Shown piece after piece: positions 45,854 to 54,515 of a stretch of 64,000 nucleotides of DNA. Under the pieces are notes generated by a model that saw nothing but the letters and a program-made list of their open reading frames with translations, had not been told where the DNA came from and made no database searches. Within the stretch, counting starts at the first letter, position 1. Each line of letters starts with the position of its first letter. A program made the position numbers and the translations under genes. Origin of the DNA: an uncultured Eubacteriales bacterium (lineage in GTDB: Bacteria > Bacillota > Clostridia > Christensenellales > CAG-138); the NCBI GenBank assembly GCA_942492885.1, contig OW818651.1:962959-1026958 (forward strand), written 5' to 3'.

Positions 45854-46774
45854 CTAACAGCTCGTCATGTTTCTCCCGTTTTTCTTTGACAAGTACAGCG
45901 CCTGATCAGCAGCATTTAGTAACTCGGTGCTTGAATCGTTCTTTGCCGGCATTCTCGTTGCAACGCCAACGCTGATCGTCACAAACTTTTCGACGGTTGA
46001 GAATGCGTGCGGAATATTCAATGACGCGACCACCAGGCGTAGCTTTTCAGCAATAATAAATGCGCTATCCTCATTTGTATTCGGTAAAACGCACACGAAT
46101 TCCTCGCCGCCGTATCTGGCGAGAAGATCTGTCTTGCGGACAATCACCTTGCATAAGGCGTGCGCAATTTGAATCAAACAGTTGTCCCCGCCCTGGTGTC
46201 CGTAATTGTCGTTATATTGCTTAAATAAATCGATATCCATCATAATGAGAGAAACAGGTATGGATGCGCGAACCGACAGGTTCCAGGTGGATTCGAGATA
46301 TTCGTTGAACTTGCGGCGGTTAGAAATGCCGGTTAAGCCATCCAAATAGGACATGTTCTCCAGATAATCCCGGTATTGCTTGAGTTCGATGTGCATACCG
46401 ACTCTGGCTTTTACGATGACGGAATTGTATGGCTTCTTGATATAATCAACCGCACCCAGATTGAATCCAAAGATTTCCTCGTCTTCATTCACTTTTCCGG
46501 TCACGAATATGATTGGTATGCCTTTTGTCAGTGAATCAGCCTTCAATCGTCTGCACACCTCGTAACCGTCGATGCCGGGCATGATGACATCCAAAAGGAT
46601 CAAGTCCGGCGGGTTCTCGGAAAAAGCGATCTCAAGCGCCTTTTCTCCGTTGATCGCTGCACGGATTTTGTATTCGGGCTTCAAGAGCTCGGCCAGAATA
46701 CTGATGTTTTCTTTCGCATCGTCAACGATCAATACCGTCGGTTGCTCGAACAGATCATTCATTGTCTGCACCAT
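45854..46774 (-). CDS. response regulator-diguanylate cyclase (REC-GGDEF)
   Basis: ORF 45854..46774. REC domain (VLIVDD ... DLILLDVIMPGIDG ... K), RKTD I-site and ARYGGEEF. An alternative start at ATG 46762 is possible. Confidence 0.9.
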   Translation of the reverse strand: MVQTMNDLFEQPTVLIVDDAKENISILAELLKPEYKIRAAINGEKALEIAFSENPPDLILLDVIMPGIDGYEVCRRLKADSLTKGIPIIFVTGKVNEDEEIFGFNLGAVDYIKKPYNSVIVKARVGMHIELKQYRDYLENMSYLDGLTGISNRRKFNEYLESTWNLSVRASIPVSLIMMDIDLFKQYNDNYGHQGGDNCLIQIAHALCKVIVRKTDLLARYGGEEFVCVLPNTNEDSAFIIAEKLRLVVASLNIPHAFSTVEKFVTISVGVATRMPAKNDSSTELLNAADQALYLSKKNGRNMTSC

Positions 46775-49700
46775 CCAATCTGATATTTAGTTCCGCCGCA
46801 ATCTTTTGTAAAGGTTTCTTAGCTGCATCGAAATCAAACCCGTCGACGCATTGTGCAATTTCTTCAACTTCCCCGGCAAATCTCTTTCCCAATGCGCGTT
46901 TCAGTTTTATGATTGCTTTTTCCGAATCGATATCATCCATCCAGATTAGATGCGCTGCCTCCTGTAGAATCGGTTCAAGGTCCGCAACGGAAATCCCGTC
47001 CTGTTCTTCGAATACATTCGCCTGCTTCTCTTGGCGCACAACCTCCAGGGCATCTATGACCGAACCTAGTGCTGTGTCCAACGCATCCAGTAACGCGGTG
47101 CAGTCCCCGGGTGTCGCCGGGATCAATGCTTTTTCCAGCTGCTCCGATAGAGAGAAAATCTCGTTGGCGGATATATTGCCGGCCACGCCTTTCAATGTAT
47201 GCGCCAACCGTCTGGCTTCTTCTATCTTGTTTTCTGAAATCGCTTGCCGGATATTGGCGGCATAGTGTCTGTATCCGCTCGCAAAATCAACCAGTAATTT
47301 CAGGTAAAGCCTCTTGTTTCCGCCGACGCGATTTAGCCCCTCGCTGATGTCTACTCCCGGTATATTGTCTGGCATACTCGGTTCTACGGTTCTGACGCTT
47401 TCTTTTTTCTGAGCGGTTTCCGAAACTTCTCCGTATCGTTCAAGCTTTGGTTTGATCCATTTCACAATGGTGGAAAAGAGATTCTGAGGGTCGATGGGTT
47501 TGCTGACATAATCGTTCATGCCCGCGGCTTTACACTCCGCCTCCACTCCTTGCATCGCATGTGCTGTCATCGCGATGATGGGCAAATTCAGATTCTTGCG
47601 ATCGGCTCGAATGAATTTTGTCGCTTCGTATCCTCCCATGACCGGCATTTGCAAATCCATCAACACCAAGTCATATGTCTTTGCAGCAATCGCATCGATC
47701 GCTTCTTGTCCGTTGTTGGCGACTTCAACAGTTGCCCCCGCGCTGCCTAGTATTTCCGTAGCGACTTCTTGGTTGATCACATTATCTTCGACCAGAAGGA
47801 TTTTTGCTCCGTCGATTCTAATATCTTTTGGTCCTTCATTCGCATTTCCGCTGCTCTGGATTGTCATGCCGCTCTTATCCATGTCAAACATATTTACAAT
47901 CGTATCGAATAGCAATGATTGGTTGATCGGCTTCATGAGGAAATTTTGAACGCCTATCTTTTCTGCTTTCTTTGCGACCTCTTCTCTGCCAAATGCGGAT
48001 ACCATAATGGCCATGGGCGTACGGCTGATATTTTTATCGTTGAGAATCGCCTTTGCAGCCTCAATCCCGTCCATCTCAGGCATTCTCCAATCCATGATCA
48101 CCAGATCAAACGGTTTGTGTTCGGAATGGTTCTTCACCTCTTGAATCGCTGCTTTTCCCGAAGCAACCGCAACCGCATCCACTCCAAATGCACCGATCTG
48201 TTCCTTGAGAATTTCTCTTGAAACTTCGTTGTCGTCTACGATCAGAACCTTCAGATTCTGCAAGCTTTTTTTGTAAACAGGCTGGTTCGCTTTCTCGTCA
48301 CTCTGAATCTGAAATTCGAGTTCAAAGGAGAATGTGCTCCCTACCCCGAACTCACTCTCGACAGAAATGGTTCCTTTCATCATCTCGACCAGCCGTTTGG
48401 AGATCGTCAGTCCCAGCCCTGTTCCACCGAATCTTCTGGTCACAGAAGTATCCGCCTGCGAGAATGCGGAAAACAGTTTGTCTTTTTGTTCTTTTGTCAA
48501 TCCGATTCCCGTGTCAGAAACAGCAAACTTGATCCGGCATGTTTGATCCGCTTTTTCAACAAGCGATACCTCAACAAGTACATGGCCTTCATTCGTGAAT
48601 TTGACCGCGTTGTTGACGAGATTGAGTAAGACTTGTCCGACCCTCAACGGGTCCCCGATCAAGCAATACGGAACATCCCTTTCGATGTTGTTGATTAATT
48701 CAAAGTTCTTATCCGCCGCCTTATTGGAGTTCATGCTGATGACGTTGTTGATCACATCGTCCAGTCGGAAATCAACTGCCTCAAGCTCCAGCTTTCCTGC
48801 TTCCATCTTCGAGAAATCAAGAATATCATTGATGATCCCGAGCAGCGATTTTGCGGAGGCATCAACCTTGTTGATGTAATCCCTCTGTTTCACAGTCATA
48901 TCTGTCTTTTTCAGCAGCTCAGAAAAACCGATGACGGCATTCATCGGGGTACGGATTTCATGGCTCATATTCGCCAGAAATTCGCTTTTTGCATGTGTGG
49001 CTTCTTCTGCAACCGTCTTTGCGTTGATCAGTTCTTCTTCGTTTTTCTTTTGCTGCGTGATATCCCGCAAAATGCAGATCGAATGCCAACCATTGCTCAT
49101 TTCTACTGCGGATAAGGAGAGCTGCACAGGGACAGTCGTCTGGTTCTTTCTTGTCATATCCAGCTCAAACGTCTCCCCGAGGGCAGTTCCTTTCTCGCCG
49201 AAGTGCGGTTTTGGAAACTCGTCAAGCGGTAATTCATTGTGGAATCGCGAAACGAGCAGCCCCTGAGGGTTCTTCCCGATTGCTTCTTGGTTCGAGTACC
49301 CAAAGATTCGCGATGCGGCAAGATTCCAATAGGAGATCGTACCGAAAGAATCCAACATCATAATGGCATCGTAAGCGGAGTCCGTAATGGAACGCATCTG
49401 GATTTCGCGGTCTTTTAGCGCGTCCTCCGTTTGTTTGCGTTTTGTGATGTCGCGGACGGCAGCCATCCTTAGCCTTGAACCGGCAGTCCCCATGGACTTG
49501 CCTTCCACTTCCGCAAGGAATATGGTTCCGTCCTTTTTTAACAGGCTGATCTCAAGAACTCGGCCGGAGTCCTGCGATATGCTTTCGGCAACTGCCGCCC
49601 TATCGTCCGGGCAGATAAAATCGATGATGTTCCTGCCCAACACTTCGCTCTGGTCATATCCCAACATCTTCGCGAGGGAAGGATTCGCGTCCTTTATAAT

Positions 49701-50195
49701 GCCATTCTCGTGGATCACGATTCCTTCGATTGTGATCTCCGCAAGCAGGTGAAATCTGGCCTCCCGCTCTTTCGTTTCCAGCTCCGCCTTTTTTTGGTTC
49801 GTAATATCGGTTGAAATACCCCAAGTGCCAACAATGTTTCTTTCGCGATCATACAGCGGATATCTGGACACGATAGACCAAAGCAGATCACCGTTTGCAA
49901 ACGCAGAGTGTTCCTCCTCGCCGATGATCGGAACCCCGGTTTTCATGATCTCCTGCTCATTGTGAAACGATTTTGTGGCGTGCTCTTCGGAGAAGAAATC
50001 GAAATCCGACTTGCCAATCACGTCCTTCATATCCGTTTTGTTGAGCCTTCTTAGTTGCGCATCGCTCACAAAGAGAAATCGCGATCCCCTATCTTTGATA
50101 TAGATCGAATCGCTTGTGCTCTTCATCATAATTTCGAATACATCTTTATAGCTAAGAGATACGCATTTGAAAAAATCATCCGCAATGCTGCTCAT
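46755..50195 (-). CDS. cytoplasmic multi-PAS hybrid histidine kinase with two receivers and an Hpt domain
   Basis: ORF 46755..50195 with RBS gaggtg. H-box SHEIRTPMNAV, G2 box GTGLGLTISK, two REC domains (VLIVDDNEV.., ILLVEDNVINQ..) and Hpt HTLKGVAGN. Confidence 0.92.
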   Translation of the reverse strand: MSSIADDFFKCVSLSYKDVFEIMMKSTSDSIYIKDRGSRFLFVSDAQLRRLNKTDMKDVIGKSDFDFFSEEHATKSFHNEQEIMKTGVPIIGEEEHSAFANGDLLWSIVSRYPLYDRERNIVGTWGISTDITNQKKAELETKEREARFHLLAEITIEGIVIHENGIIKDANPSLAKMLGYDQSEVLGRNIIDFICPDDRAAVAESISQDSGRVLEISLLKKDGTIFLAEVEGKSMGTAGSRLRMAAVRDITKRKQTEDALKDREIQMRSITDSAYDAIMMLDSFGTISYWNLAASRIFGYSNQEAIGKNPQGLLVSRFHNELPLDEFPKPHFGEKGTALGETFELDMTRKNQTTVPVQLSLSAVEMSNGWHSICILRDITQQKKNEEELINAKTVAEEATHAKSEFLANMSHEIRTPMNAVIGFSELLKKTDMTVKQRDYINKVDASAKSLLGIINDILDFSKMEAGKLELEAVDFRLDDVINNVISMNSNKAADKNFELINNIERDVPYCLIGDPLRVGQVLLNLVNNAVKFTNEGHVLVEVSLVEKADQTCRIKFAVSDTGIGLTKEQKDKLFSAFSQADTSVTRRFGGTGLGLTISKRLVEMMKGTISVESEFGVGSTFSFELEFQIQSDEKANQPVYKKSLQNLKVLIVDDNEVSREILKEQIGAFGVDAVAVASGKAAIQEVKNHSEHKPFDLVIMDWRMPEMDGIEAAKAILNDKNISRTPMAIMVSAFGREEVAKKAEKIGVQNFLMKPINQSLLFDTIVNMFDMDKSGMTIQSSGNANEGPKDIRIDGAKILLVEDNVINQEVATEILGSAGATVEVANNGQEAIDAIAAKTYDLVLMDLQMPVMGGYEATKFIRADRKNLNLPIIAMTAHAMQGVEAECKAAGMNDYVSKPIDPQNLFSTIVKWIKPKLERYGEVSETAQKKESVRTVEPSMPDNIPGVDISEGLNRVGGNKRLYLKLLVDFASGYRHYAANIRQAISENKIEEARRLAHTLKGVAGNISANEIFSLSEQLEKALIPATPGDCTALLDALDTALGSVIDALEVVRQEKQANVFEEQDGISVADLEPILQEAAHLIWMDDIDSEKAIIKLKRALGKRFAGEVEEIAQCVDGFDFDAAKKPLQKIAAELNIRLDGADNE

Positions 50196-50651
50196 ATTCC
50201 ACCTCGTTTATTTTCCATAATGTACCACCGCTTCATCTTGGGTTTGAGTTCGCTAATTTCAGAAGCAATCTGTAATAAAACATGCTTCCGTTCATTTTTT
50301 CACTATTCTATTCATACGCGTCTTGAAGAAAATATTTGTCAAATCAATAGCACTCCAGAAGTTAAAAGTAACGATCACAAATCGAATTATAACAGACAAA
50401 GCGAGATAAACGCTATCCCACCCATTAGACTCGAATCAATCCGAAACCATTCGAATTCCCGTCTCATGAAGCTCGCTTCCGACGCTACATGTGATTGTCT
50501 TTAGCCCCTATCCCGGCTTGCAAAAAACGGTTGGATATCATTGGCATATGGTAATCAAAGACTCATCCATGTTTTCTTCTGACAATCTATTCGCAATCAT
50601 ATTGTATTTTGCTTCTTCCTGCAACTCCAGCCGAATAATGCATCGCTCGCG

Positions 50652-53600
50652 TCAATGATTTGCCTTTGCTTCCGTCAAGGATGAACCGGTTCCCGGCAAT
50701 ATTGTTCTGATAAAAGCGTCTACTACTTTTTGATCAAATTGACTACCCGCACAGCGTATCAATTCCTCAACTGCACATTCTATGCTGATCGCACCCCTAT
50801 ATGGCCTGCTTACCGTCATTGCATCGAAAGAATCAGCAACAGCGATGATCTTTGCTTCGATCGGTATCTGCTTTTCAGTCAACCCAGCCGGATAACCGCA
50901 CCCATCAATTCTTTCGTGATGCGCTTTGACTATCGGAACAATATCTAGATATTCATCAACACTTGCTAATATTCGCGCACTACGAATTGGATGTTGCTTT
51001 ATCAATTCCCATTCTTGGTCGCTTAAGCGTTCGGTTTTGTTCAATATGCTCTCGTCTATTCCTATCTTACCGATATCGTGTAGCGCGCCGGCAACTCTGG
51101 TCTTAGCAACGGTGGCATCGTCAAGCCCCATTTCACTCGCAATTGCCGTCGCGATGGTGCTTACTCGAATCGAATGCTGCTGTTCTCTTTCACTTTTCTC
51201 AAACAAAGTACTCATGATAGCATCGATAACATTGCTGCGCTTGCTCGTGTTCTCCAAGAATTTGCGACGGTTGATATATGTTTCAACTTCCTTCACGAGC
51301 GCATCCATGTCCTGCCCTTGGAATGTTTGGCAGCTGTATCCAAACGTTGCGGTCAACACAGCATCAACGTCGCGTCCTTCGTTGTCCTTGACGATTATTT
51401 GGGTGCACGCCTGCAGCTCTCCTGCAAGTTTCTTCGCCTTTGCTTCCGAGCTACGGGTAAGAAGGACGGCAAACTCGTCTCCGCCAATACGTGCCAGAAC
51501 CGCATCTTTGGGGATTTGTTTTCGTATATCGATTGCAAACTGCTGTATTGCAAGATCCCCGGAGTGATGGCCAAACGAATCGTTGATCAGTTTTAGTCCA
51601 TTTAAGTCGCCTGATACGATCGCTAACGGATAATGCTTTCCGGTGTTTTTATCAGCATATTCGTTTTCAAAATACCTTCTGTTATATGCATCCGTCAAGT
51701 AATCATGATAAGCAAGATATTCAATGTTTTCTTCCGCTCGCTTCTTATCCGTGATATCCAGAAAAACTATAACGCCCGCGCTGATAACGCCCATTGGATT
51801 CCTTATTGGCGCAGCATGAGCAAGCACATACCGATTCTCGAGGTCGTCACGTTGAATGATGAATTCATCACTTCTAGTCTCTCCAAACAAAAATGCTCTG
51901 GCTAAAATGAACTCTTCCTCTTCATATGGTGTTCCATCAAGGTGAAGAAGGCTCCACCTCTTGATATAACTGAGCTTGTCACTATCTTTTTGAAGCTCTT
52001 CTTCCGTTTTATTTCGAATAAGAAGACCGGCTTTGTTAACATATCGCAACTTCCCGCTAGGCGCGTCTACAATAACGATTCCAGCCTGGCTGTTTTCAAA
52101 TGCCGCCTTCAACAATGCTTGAGATTCCGAGAAGGCTTCTTCTGCTTGCTTTCTCTCCGTAATATCCAACGAAGCAATCTGAATGCCAATATTCTGCCCT
52201 GACGCGCCCGTTACTCTCGTAAATACACTTGAAAACCACTTGTGTGCTGAATTCATAACCAGATGGTCCAAATATTCTTGCGGTTTATCGCTTTCAATCG
52301 CTCGTTTAATTCGCGCAAAATAAATTTCTGCTTCTTCATTTGGGAACAATGTACGGATCGATTTGCCAACATAATCTTCTAGTTTTCCGCCAATATTCTC
52401 AAGCGCTTTCTGGTTATACGAAATTACAGTTCCATCTGTTGTATAATACCCAATTCCCACGCCGGAGTTCTCAAAGAGATATTTGTAGCGCTCTTCACTT
52501 TCGATTAGCGCTTTCTCAGCCGCCTTTTTCTCTGTTGTATCAACGAAGCTGATCAATACTCCTGAAATATCTCCATTTTTATCAATGATGTTGAATCCAT
52601 TTACTTTAATCCATTTGATTTTTCTTGGCTCTTCAAAAATGATACCCATTTCATAATCAACAAGAGCCTGTTTGCCTTTGTACACAAGCGAAAACGGGTA
52701 TGCATCTACCGAGAGAGGTTCGCCGAATCTGTCGCAAAAGTGCCACGACTCATCCGAAACATGTTTGTTTTGAATTTGATCTGCTGTAAAGCCCAAAAGT
52801 TCTTCTGCTAAAGAGTTGCTATACGAAATCGATGAGTCAACATTATGTAGGACAATAGCAACCTGTAGATGATCTAATAAAAGTCTTCGTGCATGTTCGC
52901 TTTCTTTTAATGCTGCTTCTGCTTTTTTTTGATTGGTGATGTCCTGTAAAATACAGTGCGTTTGTACGAAATTTCCGCCGAAATCATAACCAATTTTGCC
53001 TTCAAACGCTATAAACAATCGGTTGCCGTTTTTCGCCAGCATTTCGAACTCGCTGTGAATAAATCCCTGCGCCTTGAATATCGGAAACCGATTACGGAAT
53101 CCTTCCACATATTCAGGGCAAAGAAAATCGCCGAACCATTTGCCGATGACTTCCTCGCGCGTATACCCAAGCGTATCGAGCCATTGCTGATTGATCTCAA
53201 TAAAGCGACCGTCAAAATCGAGAGATTGATACCCAAGCGGCGCTCTATTAAATAAAAGTTGAAACCGTTCTTCGCTTTGTTTGAGTTCGATTTCTATTTT
53301 TTTCCGGTTTGTTATGTCTTGCGCCGCGCCCCAAAGCGCGACGATCTTCCCGCTTGAATCGGTCTTTGCCTCCCCGCGCACCCACATCCATCCATTCGAT
53401 CCGTCAAACGTTACCGTTTTTAACTCCAACTCATATGGAATTCCCAGCATTTTCGTGTGTTCAATCGCTGTCGTTAATTGGATCCAACTTTCCGGAGTAA
53501 ATAGTTTCATATGCTCCGAATAAGGAGGCGGTGGCAATGCAGGATCAAACCCATACATCTTATATAACTCTTCTGACCAAACAACTTGATTTGTGATCAA

Positions 53601-54515
53601 ATCCAGATTCCATGTCCCAAGATGCGCTATGCGTTGAGATTCCAGCAATGCAGCTTCTAATCGCTTTTGTTCCGTAATATCTATGCCAATCCCGGTGAAG
53701 TACTTCTGTCCATTCATCAAGAGGGGAACCCCGCTTGAACGCGTCAACATTTTCCCGCCGTTTTTAAGTTTCAACCATGCTTCTACTTCGCCGTATCCTT
53801 TTTCGAAAACTTCACGAACCGCGGCATTAACCTTTAAAAGATCCTTTTGATCAAACCATTGATCAAGGCTCATATGTGCCAATTCCTCAGTGGAATACCC
53901 CGTCATCGTTTCATGCTTATTGTTCCACTTGATCAACTTTCCGCTCTCATCATAAACATACAAGTAACCCGGTATGCTATCGAAGATCGCTTCTATGAGT
54001 GCTTGCTCTCTCTTCAAAGCCTCCACGGTCTTCACTAGTGCCGTATTGGCGGCGAGCAGATCTCTCGTTTTATCTTCGACGAGTGCCGAAAGTATTTGCT
54101 TCTCGTCACGCTTCTGGATGTTTGCAGCGCGAATTTTGAGCATTGCCCGAATTTGAGCGGTCAGCTCGATGTCATCGATCGGTTTTGTTAAAAACGCCTC
54201 TGCGCCACACTCAAGCGCTCTGATTCGGCTATCTTTATTACTTCTGATTGCCGTGACAAACACCACCGGAATATCGCAAAGTTTCTCGTCGCTTTTCAGC
54301 CTGCGGCATACTTCGTATCCGTCCATCCCGGGCATGATGATATCGAGCAGAATGATATCCGGTTCTTCGCTGGCCGCTAACTCAAGTCCTTTTTGTCCAT
54401 TAAGCGCGGAAAGAACCCTTGTATTTGGAAATGCCTCCAGAATGAGCGTGTTTAGAATCGTCAGATTATCCTGATTATCATCAATCATCAGAATTCTCAT
54501 CGTTCTACTTTCCAT
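50652..54515 (-). CDS. REC - multi-PAS - GGDEF - HD-GYP c-di-GMP turnover protein
   Basis: ORF 50652..54569; start set at ATG 54515 (MESRTMRILMIDD), 7 nt after aggagg. REC domain (DIILLDIIMPGMDG), several PAS units, RIGGDEF, HDIGK and HHERIDGCGYP. Confidence 0.9.
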   Translation of the reverse strand: MESRTMRILMIDDNQDNLTILNTLILEAFPNTRVLSALNGQKGLELAASEEPDIILLDIIMPGMDGYEVCRRLKSDEKLCDIPVVFVTAIRSNKDSRIRALECGAEAFLTKPIDDIELTAQIRAMLKIRAANIQKRDEKQILSALVEDKTRDLLAANTALVKTVEALKREQALIEAIFDSIPGYLYVYDESGKLIKWNNKHETMTGYSTEELAHMSLDQWFDQKDLLKVNAAVREVFEKGYGEVEAWLKLKNGGKMLTRSSGVPLLMNGQKYFTGIGIDITEQKRLEAALLESQRIAHLGTWNLDLITNQVVWSEELYKMYGFDPALPPPPYSEHMKLFTPESWIQLTTAIEHTKMLGIPYELELKTVTFDGSNGWMWVRGEAKTDSSGKIVALWGAAQDITNRKKIEIELKQSEERFQLLFNRAPLGYQSLDFDGRFIEINQQWLDTLGYTREEVIGKWFGDFLCPEYVEGFRNRFPIFKAQGFIHSEFEMLAKNGNRLFIAFEGKIGYDFGGNFVQTHCILQDITNQKKAEAALKESEHARRLLLDHLQVAIVLHNVDSSISYSNSLAEELLGFTADQIQNKHVSDESWHFCDRFGEPLSVDAYPFSLVYKGKQALVDYEMGIIFEEPRKIKWIKVNGFNIIDKNGDISGVLISFVDTTEKKAAEKALIESEERYKYLFENSGVGIGYYTTDGTVISYNQKALENIGGKLEDYVGKSIRTLFPNEEAEIYFARIKRAIESDKPQEYLDHLVMNSAHKWFSSVFTRVTGASGQNIGIQIASLDITERKQAEEAFSESQALLKAAFENSQAGIVIVDAPSGKLRYVNKAGLLIRNKTEEELQKDSDKLSYIKRWSLLHLDGTPYEEEEFILARAFLFGETRSDEFIIQRDDLENRYVLAHAAPIRNPMGVISAGVIVFLDITDKKRAEENIEYLAYHDYLTDAYNRRYFENEYADKNTGKHYPLAIVSGDLNGLKLINDSFGHHSGDLAIQQFAIDIRKQIPKDAVLARIGGDEFAVLLTRSSEAKAKKLAGELQACTQIIVKDNEGRDVDAVLTATFGYSCQTFQGQDMDALVKEVETYINRRKFLENTSKRSNVIDAIMSTLFEKSEREQQHSIRVSTIATAIASEMGLDDATVAKTRVAGALHDIGKIGIDESILNKTERLSDQEWELIKQHPIRSARILASVDEYLDIVPIVKAHHERIDGCGYPAGLTEKQIPIEAKIIAVADSFDAMTVSRPYRGAISIECAVEELIRCAGSQFDQKVVDAFIRTILPGTGSSLTEAKANH

